Below, one piece after another: positions 48,451 through 57,980 of a stretch of DNA of 64,000 bases. The stretch comes from Vicinamibacterales bacterium. Its GTDB lineage: Bacteria; Acidobacteriota; Vicinamibacteria; Vicinamibacterales; JAMQPK01. Position numbers and translations under genes: made by a program. How positions within the stretch are numbered: the first letter of the stretch is position 1; every line of letters begins with the position of its first letter. The stretch spans positions 17,668-81,667 of the forward strand of contig CAWBPA010000007.1 of assembly GCA_963790545.1 (NCBI GenBank), given 5' to 3'. The notes beneath the pieces are model-generated. The model saw nothing but the letters and a program-made list of their open reading frames with translations. It was not told the origin of the DNA and did not search any database.

Positions 48451-49230
48451 ATGAGCGGCGGGTGCTCCTCGCAGTCGGATATCGCGATCTGCTGCGCAAC
48501 CTCGTGGCTAAAGATTTGAAACTGAAGTACCGGGGATCGGTGCTCGGGTTCCTCTGGTCCCTTATCAACCCGCTCGTGATGATCGTGGTTTACACGTTCG
48601 CCTTCACATACGTGCTGAAAGTCCCAACAGAGCGCTTTGCGTTCTTCGTGCTGATCGGCGTCTTGGCATGGACGTTCTTTGCCGGCGCCACGCTTGGATC
48701 TTCGAGCGCGATTGTCGACGGCGGCAGTCTGATCAAAAGCGTAGTCTTCCCGCGCATCATTCTGCCAGTCTCAGGCGTGACCTTTCACCTCGTGCAGTTC
48801 GTGTTGAGCGTCAGCGTGCTCCTGCCGGTGCTTCTAGCGTGGTACCAGATTCCGCTTGGAGCGCAGATGCTGTTGTTCCCTGTTTTTGTGCTGCTGCAGG
48901 TCCTCTTCATCACAGGAATTGCCCTGCTGCTCTCGGCGGCAACCGCGTTCATGCGCGATCTTCGGCACCTGGCCGAAATCGGCATCAGCGTTGCGTTCTG
49001 GGCAACGCCGATCATCTACGGGTACACGTTTGTCGCCAGAGGAGTTCCGCTTCGCAATCCTGTTGAGTCCGATGGCGCCGTTTATTCGAGCTTATCAGGA
49101 CATTTTTTACTATCTGGTGTGGCCCGACTTGTCGATCTGGCTCGTAGCCGTCACCTACGGTGTCGGTGCATTCGTGTGTGGCCTCAGCGTCTTCGTGGCC
49201 TATGAAGATCGTTTTTCTGAGCAGGTCTAG
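48451..49230 (+). pseudogene. wzm: ABC-2 type polysaccharide exporter permease (Wzm/TagG-like), copy A, 2 frame breaks (about 48462 and about 49035)
   Basis: RDLLRNLVAKDLKLKYRGSVLGFLWSLINPL signature and six TM segments. Comparison with copy B pinpoints the indels: gtcgccagagg versus gttccagagg. Confidence 0.7.
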
Positions 49231-49232
49231 GG

Positions 49233-50005
49233 ATGCCCGCCGTCATCGTGGCCGACCAGGTATCGAAGCGCTTCTACTTGCACCGCAACCGCACGTACTC
49301 GCTCAAAGAGCGCTTCCTTGGCCTCTTCCACGACAGACACCGGACGGAGCTCACGGAATTCTGGGCGCTCCGTCACGTGTCGTTGACCATCTCAGCCGGC
49401 GAGTCGGTGGGCATTGTCGGTCGCAACGGCTCCGGCAAGAGCACGTTGCTGAAGCTCATCGCGGGGATTCATACTCCGACCGAAGGGCGGCTTCTGGCAC
49501 GACGAGGCGCTCGAGTGGCGAGCCTGATCGAACTGGGGGTCGGCTTTCATCCTGAACTCACCGGAATCGAGAACGTGTATCTCAACGCGTCGGTCCACGG
49601 CCTCACGCGCGCCAAGTGGACCGACTTTATGGGTTTTCTGAATACGCCGGCATCGGGCAGTTCATCGAAGAGCCGATCAAGAATTACTCGTCAGGGATGG
49701 TGGTTCGACTGGCCTTCGCCGTCGCAGCGCATCTAGATCCGGATGTGCTGCTTCTGGACGAGATTTTTGCGGTCGGCGACGCTGATTTTCAGCAGCGGTG
49801 TCTTCAGACGATGCGGGAATTCGTGAGACGGGGACGAACGATCGTGTTCGTATCCCATTCTCCAGAGGCCGTCAGGCAAATGTGCAGTCGAGTGTGCGTG
49901 CTGGATGAAGGGCGACTCGTGTTCGATGGTAGGGTCAACGAAGGATTACGGCGATATGATGAGATTTTTCAGGCGAAGCCGGCCGATGTGGTCGAAAACG
50001 TGTGA
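49233..50005 (+). pseudogene. wzt: Polysaccharide ABC exporter ATP-binding protein (Wzt/TagH-like), copy A, 1 frame break near 49610
   Basis: Walker A GRNGSGKSTLL, signature YSSGMVVRLAF, Walker B LLLDE. ORFs 49233..49736 and 49616..50005. Confidence 0.75.
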
Positions 50006-50639
50006 TAAAGCTTTTCCGCGCGTGTTCTCCGTGACCTGTGCGGCAAAGACTGCACTGCTATCGATAAGCGTGTTCTGCATTGCTGCAAAGTTGAACGCCC
50101 CCGCCGCCCCATTGACATTCACGCCGCCGCGATTGTTCAGAAGCTGCGAATCGTCAACAAAGACGCGGGCGTTCATCGTTCCCGCGAGATTGACGCCGTT
50201 TTGCGAGAAATTCCGGACCAGCACCGCGATGTCGTCCTCCCGCTCCATATATAAACGCCGTTCAAACCCGACCCAAGGCCTTCGATATCGAGCCCCTCGA
50301 GGAGGACCCTATCGGTTGCCCCCGGCAGACTCACGATGATGGCGTTGGCCCCAGGGAAGGCTGGCCGGCAACGAACCCGACGGCGATGATGCTGATTGAC
50401 TTCGTGATGGTCACGGCCCCGTAACCGCCGTGATCAAGCACGTTGATTTCCCCGCCGGTCGCGGTCTTAGAAATGGCGCCAGCAAACGTCTTGCACGGCG
50501 CGGTGCGGGAGCACGGGTTGACGTCATCGCCGACGCCCGACACCCAAGTGCGCGTCGCTTGAGCTTGAGCCGGCGCTGCGTACCGGCAAATGGCCACGAT
50601 AACGCCGAGGACGTCTAACCGCAGTGTCATCTTGCGCAT
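49946..50639 (-). pseudogene. Secreted right-handed beta-helix-like protein, at least 2 frame breaks
   Basis: Signal peptide MRKMTLRLDVLGVIVAI..AQA, then TRTWVSGVGDDVNPCSRTAPCKTFAGAI..GGEINVLDHGGYGAVTITKSISI. Continues as VLLEGLDIEGLG.., ..IAVLVRNFSQNGVNL. The 3' end is uncertain and overlaps the wzt A stop region. Confidence 0.45.
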
Positions 50640-50885
50640 GATGACTCCCTGTCGAATGTCGTATCGTGCCGATCGAAAAGGGGCCACTTGTAGCCTGATC
50701 GCCTCATGGCAAACCTCCTCAGCGACAGGCCTTCGCGCAGCACGGTCCGTATGAGGTATATCGAATTGTGCGCAGAGGGAGTCAGGGGTGACCCTGCCGC
50801 TACTCAGTCAGGGCCAGAGATGGCGTGTGACTGCAAGACGATGGCACGGTTGTCGCGACATCGATGGCGTTCAAGTTCATGAGAC

Positions 50886-53025
50886 TCAGGGACGTCTGAA
50901 GATAGGAATGTCGCTCGCATTGCCCCATTGCACGCCGTAGGTCGTTCCCGTACTGAATCTGATGACGAACCAGGTCCCATCCGAGGGACGGAACACCGCG
51001 ATGTCGGTCCTGCCGTCACCGTCATAATCGCCTGGCACGGGCGTGTCGGATCCGTTCCCCCATTGCACGCCCACGCCGCCGCCGCTCGAGTACCCGATGT
51101 ACCACGTCCCATTCGAGGGACGGAACACTGCGATGTCCGTTTTCCCGTCGCCGTCGTAGTCGCCAGGGACGGTCACGTCGGCGCTGTTGCCCCATTGCAC
51201 GCCGTAGGGTTCCCCGTGCTGGATCTGATGACGTACCAGGTCCCATCCGACGGCCGGAACACCGCGATGTCGGTCTTGCCGTCACCGTCGTAATCGCCTG
51301 GCACGGGCATGTCGCTCCGTTCCCCATTGCACGCCCACGCCGCCGCCGCTCGAGTGCACGAGGTCCCACGTTCCATCCGAGGGCCGGAACACCGCGATGT
51401 CCGTTTTCCCGTCGCCGTCGTAGTCGCCAGGCACGGTCAGTCGGCGCTGTTGCCCCAATTGCACGCCGTAGATTGTTCCCGTATCATCCGATGACGTACC
51501 AGGTGCCATTCGACGGCCGGAACACCGCGATGTCGGTCCTGCCGTCACCGTCGTAATCGCCTGGCACGGGCGTGTCGGATCCGTTCCCCCATTGCACGCC
51601 CACGCCGCCGCCGCTCGGTCCTCGATGTACCACGTTCCATCCGATGGCCGAAACACCGCAACATCATCAGGTCCATCGCCATCGAAATCACCGACTCCGC
51701 TCGGCCGCGGATTTTGAATCACCGTGAAGACCTGGCCGGCAATATTAACGTTCGCGATTCGTGTTTGTCGGCTTCGGTTCGAGGCGATGGAGAGACTTAC
51801 GTTGCCGGGCCCGGTTCCGGAGGCTCCGGAAGTGATAGTGAGCCATGCGGCGTCCGAAGTTGCCGTCCAAATGCACCCGCTGGGCGCACTAACGGAGGCC
51901 ATCCCGTTCGCATTCCCGCTCGAGACCGATGTGAATGGGAAGATTACTGAGTACGTGCACACGATGTTTCCGGCCTGTGTGACTGTAAAGGTTTGACCGG
52001 CGATCGTCATCGTGCCTGTGCGGGGACCCTGTGTATTCGGAGCCACAGAGAACGTAAGTGTGCCGTCTCCATTACCGGCCGCTGCACTTGTAATCGTGAT
52101 CCACGGGACATGACTTGTCGCGCCCCAGGTACAGTTGCCAACGACAAAGACGGTTACCGCTTCCGCCGCCAAGGCCGAACGCTTGTGCCGCAGGGGTAAT
52201 GCCGTATTCGTCCCACTCCATAGCAAAGCGGCCAACGCTGTTTGCGGGCCGTAAGAATGAGCCTGAATACCCTACCGTCGCTCCGGGACTAACCACCGAG
52301 GTGCTTGAGGTACCACAAAGATTGGCGGTCGCGCCATCTACGTACGTGAAGGTGACATCGTTGATGAGTCCGTTTTGGTGGCCAGCGAGAGCAGTAAGTG
52401 TGAAGAACGTCGTGAAGCTGCCAGTCACATTCCGAACTGTGCCGCTATAATTCGTGCCACCGATCGCGTTCGGGACAAGACTGATTCCTCCAATCTGAAA
52501 GGCAGCAAATACTGGGGCGAGCGCATAGGTTTCCGCGTCACTTCGAAAGAACAGAGATGTGATCCCGAAATAGGGGAGGTTTGTCCAGACTTTGAAGAAC
52601 CCGATGCCGCCGGGCGGAAGTACCAGATGTGGGCGCCCGTTAACAGGAGGCGTCCATTCTGAGAACCGAAGACGTAATTATAATCTGACCCGACGTATGC
52701 ACCGTTATTGTAGAAATCGAAAATGGCCCGGCTAAAGCTGAGCGTTGTGCCACTGATATTCTGGACTTCACCGACGACAACCTCGTTTCCATCAAAATCG
52801 GGGAAGGATCTCCATGAGATCAATGACAATACGTTTGGGACGGCTAGCGGTTCGAAAGTGTCGAGTGCAGAGCTCCCTTCGGCGGCTCGAGTCCGTTCGA
52901 GGGCGCGGTTCCGTTTTTTCCTTCGCGCGAACCCACTCATCCCTTGTCGACTGCGCAAATGCGGGAGAACTAACCAGCAGCAGCAGGATCAACGCGATCG
53001 TGATTCGTCCGGGCAACATGACCAT
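50886..53025 (-). pseudogene. Secreted protein with two BACON/Ig-like modules and a C-terminal FG-GAP/VCBS-like repeat array, at least 5 frame breaks
   Basis: Signal peptide MVMLPGRITIALILLLLVSSPAFAQ. Modules CTWGATSHVPWITITS..GNGDGTLTFSV..N....RTGTMTIAGQTFTVTQ and CIWTATSDAAWLTITSG..GPGNVSLSI. About 6 units of [17 protein letters not shown][ND]GTW...GVQWGN. Ends ...IPIFRRP. Confidence 0.55.
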
Positions 53026-54426
53026 TGGTCTGAAGGAAAGGCCGGTCAAATGGGAGGTGCGTATCGTGAGCCAACTCGGCCTGTGATGTAAACCGTAATC
53101 CGCGCGGCGCCTTCCTGTGCGACAAGCGTGGGTGTGAAGTGGCGAGAAAAATCAGCGAGAACGTGCGTGGCAACCCCGACTGTGGTGACGAGGTCGAGGA
53201 CGACGACGACGAGCAGTCTTTTCATACGCAGGCTCTTGATGCAGGTTCTCCCATTTCGCCCTCTCCACCTCCTATGAGACCATTAAAGACGCGAGTTCCA
53301 TTGACAGGAGGCGCCAAACTGTTGATATTTGGCGCCAGCTGTATGGCGTTGCAGATCGAACGGCTTATCGGCCCGATACCAATCCCGCGAGAGCCTAAGT
53401 CCGTGCATTTCCTCTTCCCATGCGAGCATTACGGGATCGCCGGCATTGACCGGAACGCTACGGCCACATCGGTTCGGACATTCAGTGGGTCGCGCTCGAT
53501 ACGTTGGTCGCGCCGCCGCATCAAAAAGAGGGCGAGGACTTCAGAAAGAACAATGCGCACCAGAATTGAGCAGAGTGGGCACAGAAACGGGCACAGTTGC
53601 GGCCGCTTATGAAAGGACGCGTCGTAGGTTCTTGAAGGGTTGGCTCGCCGCACTAGACGATTTCCGAAACTGGCTCATCTGTGTGGCCGCCTGATGTAGC
53701 GGTTTGCTAAACGAAATCCGCCTCTCGGACATCCACAATTTTCCTCGCAAATCTTTCCGATTCTTTCACTTCCCCGATCAGACGACTTGGCTCCTGTTGG
53801 CTCGGAAGCCTCGTTTTGGGAGCTCAGAGGGACAATCGTGCGGACATCGACTTTGTCGCGTGAGAAGAAGGACTTCAGAATCGTCTGGCCAATGACGTCG
53901 CCAGTCTGGTGCGCTCACGTCGCTCGAAGAAGTTCGCCAGCCAGCCCTGCACGTTCTGAAGGTCACATGGAAACGTGGTCTTCGGGTTGAACTGCCCCGC
54001 GGCGTCGCCCTCACGCCAGCAATCCATTCCGAGGATGCCCACGTCGTAGATCTCTGGGCCGTAACTTCCCAAGTCGATAAAGCCGATGTTCGTGAGTCCA
54101 TCGACTTCGCTTCGGGACTCGAAGAACGTGAGGCAGGTTTGGGCGGCTGGTTCACCGGGATCAGCTGGGTTCTCAATCGTATGCTGACTGCGTGATTTCG
54201 AACGACCTCGGCTGGCACTGGCGACCGCGCGCCCGTCTGGAAGAAACGCGAGCCCCGAGCATAACCTAGGGAATCGAACACGAGACTCCTATTCAGCCCG
54301 CGGATGCGGCCCGGCGTGACTCGGCAATGTCGAGATCGTCGGGGCCCACCGTCAGGCTATGCGGCAGAAGATGCGGCTTGCGAAGGTTGCACAGAGACAC
54401 GAGCAGTCGCAGAAGCGTTCTGGTTT

Positions 54427-55721
54427 ATGGTTGGAATCAACGACAGTGGACGACTTGCCGTACACCCTGCGTTCAAGGGTGCGGCGATCGTAGTTAGTCG
54501 GGCGCTCCTAATAACCGCCTCCCTGTATGCATTTCTCGAAGGTTGGATCGCAGTATCCGGGTGCCGCTCAGTTTCTCCAGCAACGGTCTGCTTGCATTGA
54601 TGCAAAGCAAGAGCACAGTCGACAACGGCTGGTGGTGGTTCAATCCGATGCTCGGCGCCCCCTTCGGCCTGGACGAACTGGCGTTTCCTGCCAATAGCAA
54701 TGTGGATCAGGCAATTGTCTGGGCGGTAAGCCGAGTTGTAACTGACCCCGCAGCGGCCATTAACCTTGCGTGGGGACTCATCGTCGTGTTGGGCGGCCTG
54801 TTGGCGAGCTGGTGCATGCGGAAGGTGGGGGCATCGACCAGCAGTTCGCTCGTCGCTGGAACCCTGTTCGCCTTGAGCCCTTATGCGTGGTATCGCAACA
54901 TCGACCATTTCTGGATGGTCATCTACCTTGTGCCGTTTGCATGTGCCGCCGCGTTACTGCTCGCTTCGGGAAGACTCCCCAGTGGTGGCACCGGAAGGGT
55001 GCTTGCTTCCTGTTACTTGCCGGCTGTGCGCTTTTGGGGTTCAACTACGTCTATTACGTGTTCTTCGCGTTCTTCTTCCTAGTCGTCGCGTCGCTCATAG
55101 GGTGTCTGGCGCAGCGCAATATATGCGCACTGTTGTGGCCGGCGGTATCTGCATAGGCCTCATCATGGGTTGCACTCTGGTCAACCTGGCGCCCAGTTTG
55201 TCTTCGTGGACCCGGTCGGTAGGCCACTCATCGGCGTGACAAAGTGCCCGCGGAATCAGAAGTGTATGGCTTGAAAATCAGGCAGCTGGTAAGCCCTGCC
55301 TTCCAGCATTGGTTTCCACCTTTCCGGCGGTGGGCCGAGAGGGGAGCGCGCAGCGCAATTCCCCCTGGAAACTGAGAACATGACCTCCCGGCTCGGATTG
55401 GTGGGAACTCTGGGGTTTCTTGGTCTCCTGGGCCTGTTGTTTGCTCCCGTGGGTGGGGAGCGCTCACGTACGGGCCAAACGCTGCTCAACGCGAGTCGGC
55501 TCGCGCTCGCCGCGGTCCTGCTAGGAACGATTGGAGGATTCAGCAGTCTGTTCAGTTTGTTGATCAGCCCGGAGATTCGGGCGTGGACCCGGCTCACCCC
55601 CTTCATTGCATTCTTTTCCCTTACAGCCGTCGCGATGGTAATGGATTCCATTTCCAGGACACGGGAGATCGGCTATCGGGCTTTGGACGCGCGTGATCGC
55701 GCTTCGCCGCCCCATTCTTGA
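54427..55721 (+). pseudogene. Polytopic membrane protein (GT-C-like, function unknown), copy B. At least 4 frame breaks, and the 3' part is replaced by the wzm-wzt duplication.
   Basis: LALMQSKSTVDNGWWWFNPMLGAPFGLDELAFPANSNVDQAIVW..., about 80% nt identity to copy C at 62870... Fragments lie in ORFs 54304.., 54543.., 54770.., 54883.. and 55380... Confidence 0.5.
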
Positions 55722-55758
55722 GGGCAACTTCGAGATACCCGGGGAGCATTTTCGTTCG

Positions 55759-56539
55759 ATGACCGGCGGCCTTCTTCTGGCCGTGGGCTATCGGGATCTT
55801 CTGCGAAACCTGGTGGCTAAGGATCTGAAACTGAAGTACCGCGGATCGGTGCTCGGGTTCCTCTGGTCACTTGTCAACCCGCTCGTGATGATCGTGGTTT
55901 ACACCTTCGCGTTCACGTACGTGCTGAAAGTTCCGACAGAGCGATTTGCGTTTTTCGTGCTCATCGGCGTGCTGGCCTGGACGTTCTTTGCCGGCGCGAC
56001 GCTTGGATCCTCGAACGCGATTGTCGACGGCGGCAGCCTGATCAAGAGCGTGGTCTTCCCGCGCATCATTCTGCCGGTCTCGGGCGTGGTCTTTCATCTG
56101 GTGCAGTTCCTGTTGAGCGTCAGCGTGTTGCTGCCGGTGTTGCTGAGCTGGTACCGGCACGCCGCTCGGTGCGCAGATGCTGCTGTTCCCTGTGTTCGTG
56201 CTCCTGCAGGTGCTCTTCGTCACCGGGGTTGCGCTGTTGCTGTCGACGGCGACTGCGTTCATGCGCGACCTGCGGCACCTGGCCGAAATCGGCATCAGCG
56301 TTGCGTTCTGGGCCACACCCATCATCTACGAGTACACATTCGTTCCAGAGGAGTTCCGCTTCGCGATTCTTCTGAGCCCCATGGCCTCATTCATCCGCGC
56401 CTATCAGGATATCTTCTACTATCTGGTGTGGCCCGATTTGTCGATCTGGCTCGTGGCGGTCACTTACGGGGTGGGTGCGTTCGTGTGCGGTCTCAGCGTC
56501 TTCGTGGGCTACGAGGATCGGTTTTCTGAGCAGGTCTAG
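55759..56539 (+). pseudogene. wzm: ABC-2 type polysaccharide exporter permease (Wzm-like), copy B, 1 frame break near 56155
   Basis: About 90% nt identity to copy A. MTGGLLLAVGYRDLLRNLVAKDLKLKYRGSVLGFLWSLVNPL. ORFs 55693..56529 and 56177..56539. Confidence 0.7.
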
Positions 56540-56541
56540 GG

Positions 56542-57307
56542 ATGCCCGCAGTCATCATTGCCGATCGGGTGTCGAAACGCTTTTACCTACACCGCAACCG
56601 CACGTCCTCGCTGAAAGAACGCTTCCTCGGTCTCTTCCATGACAGGCATCGAACCGAGCTCACGGAATTCTGGGCTCTCCGTCAGGTGTCGTTGACCATC
56701 CAGGCGGGCGAATCGGTGGGCATTGTGGGTCGCAACGGCTCGGGCAAGAGCACGTTACTTAAGCTGATCGCGGGCATTCACACGCCGACCGAGGGGCGAC
56801 TTGTTGCGCGGCGGGGCTCGCGTATGGCCAGCCTGATCGAGCTGGGGGTCGGCTTTCATCCCGAGCTGACCGGGCTCGGAGAACGTGTATCTCAACGCGT
56901 CAGTCTACGGGCTGACGCGGGCCCAGTGTGGATCGGCTTTACGGCTCCATCGTCGAATACGCCGGCATCGGTCGGTTCATCGAGGAGCCGATCAAGAACT
57001 ACTCATCGGGGATGGTGCTTCGACTGGCTTTTGCGGTTGCCGCGCACCTCGACCCTGATGTGCTGCTGCTGGACGAGATTTTTGCTGTGGGCGATGCCGA
57101 TTTTCAGCAGCGGTGTTTTCAGACGATGCGTGAGTTTGTTGAACGGGGACGGACGATCGTGTTCGTGTCGCATTCGTCCGGAGGCCGTCAGGCAGATGTG
57201 CAGCCGCGTGTGCGTGCTGGATGCAGGGCGACTGGTGTTTGATGGTGGGGTAGACGAAGGATTGCGGCCGCTACGACGAGATGTTTCAGGCCAGCCATGG
57301 TCGGTGA
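56542..57307 (+). pseudogene. wzt: Polysaccharide ABC exporter ATP-binding protein (Wzt-like), copy B, about 4 frame breaks
   Basis: Walker A GRNGSGKSTLL, YSSGMVLRLAF and LLLDE. Relative to copy A there are extra bases at about 56878 (gggctcggagaac vs ggaatcgagaac), about 56925, about 57180 (tcgtccggagg vs tctccagagg) and about 57268. Confidence 0.65.
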
Positions 57308-57444
57308 GCTCACATCGCCGACACAACGTCGATAACGTCCCGGAAGAAGCGATACGTGGCTGCGCTGCATTGACCCCTCGACGGTGGTTCGCTACAGTTG
57401 ACATGGGCTTGCGGTGAATTTTGCCGGGATGTGAGGCGAATTGC

Positions 57445-57930
57445 ATGCCATATTCAATAGTCGTCGTGCTACTAGTAGCCGGTGTTGTGTCTTCACCGGT
57501 CTCGGCGAATGCCCAAATGGTGCAGGAGTTACGACTTCGCTGGGACTCGCCCTCGGCCGTGGCGGCAGGGCAGCCGAAGCCGGACGCGGCCCCGGCGCCG
57601 CACTTCACCCCACTTCAGCGCAAACGGACTCCCGGTTCACTACCGCGTCGACGCAGCCTGGAGTTGTCTCCTGATCAGATCGTTGTCGTCGGGTTGGATG
57701 CGCAGGGCAAGGAGATTTATCGCGACATCATGCCGGACCCTCGTATCCTTCGCGCCGAGAGTCCGGGCCCGACGGGGGAGTTAACCGGCGAGTTGCTCTA
57801 TCATGCCAGCACGGAGTTTCTCATCGCTTTTCCCGACGACCAGGAGATCGTGGAGCTCCGGCTCTATCATCCGCGCTGGACGGGAGGTGCTTTCGCCTTG
57901 GACCTCCTGGTCTCGATTGCTCTCCGGTAG
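57445..57930 (+). CDS. Secreted hypothetical protein (about 160 aa)
   Basis: Intact ORF with signal peptide MPYSIVVVLLVAGVVSSPVSANA. I recognised no motif. Confidence 0.45.
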   Translation: MPYSIVVVLLVAGVVSSPVSANAQMVQELRLRWDSPSAVAAGQPKPDAAPAPHFTPLQRKRTPGSLPRRRSLELSPDQIVVVGLDAQGKEIYRDIMPDPRILRAESPGPTGELTGELLYHASTEFLIAFPDDQEIVELRLYHPRWTGGAFALDLLVSIALR

Positions 57931-57980
57931 GTCGAATCGCCACCGGGCTATACTTCACCATCGCTCGGCCCTCTTTCATC

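Noticed and set aside
53429-53653. Minus-strand ORF as the missing sulfotransferase (contains ...IERDPLNV..., reminiscent of the RDP 3'-PB motif)
   Set aside because: No 5'-PSB (PKxGTT) motif appears in any frame nearby. The ORF is short and Arg-rich. The resemblance rests on three residues only.
53778-54281. 167-aa minus-strand ORF in the low-GC gap as a real gene
   Set aside because: The translation is Ser/Arg/Thr-rich nonsense. A different frame over the same DNA gives the only protein-like stretch, and that stretch lacks a start codon.
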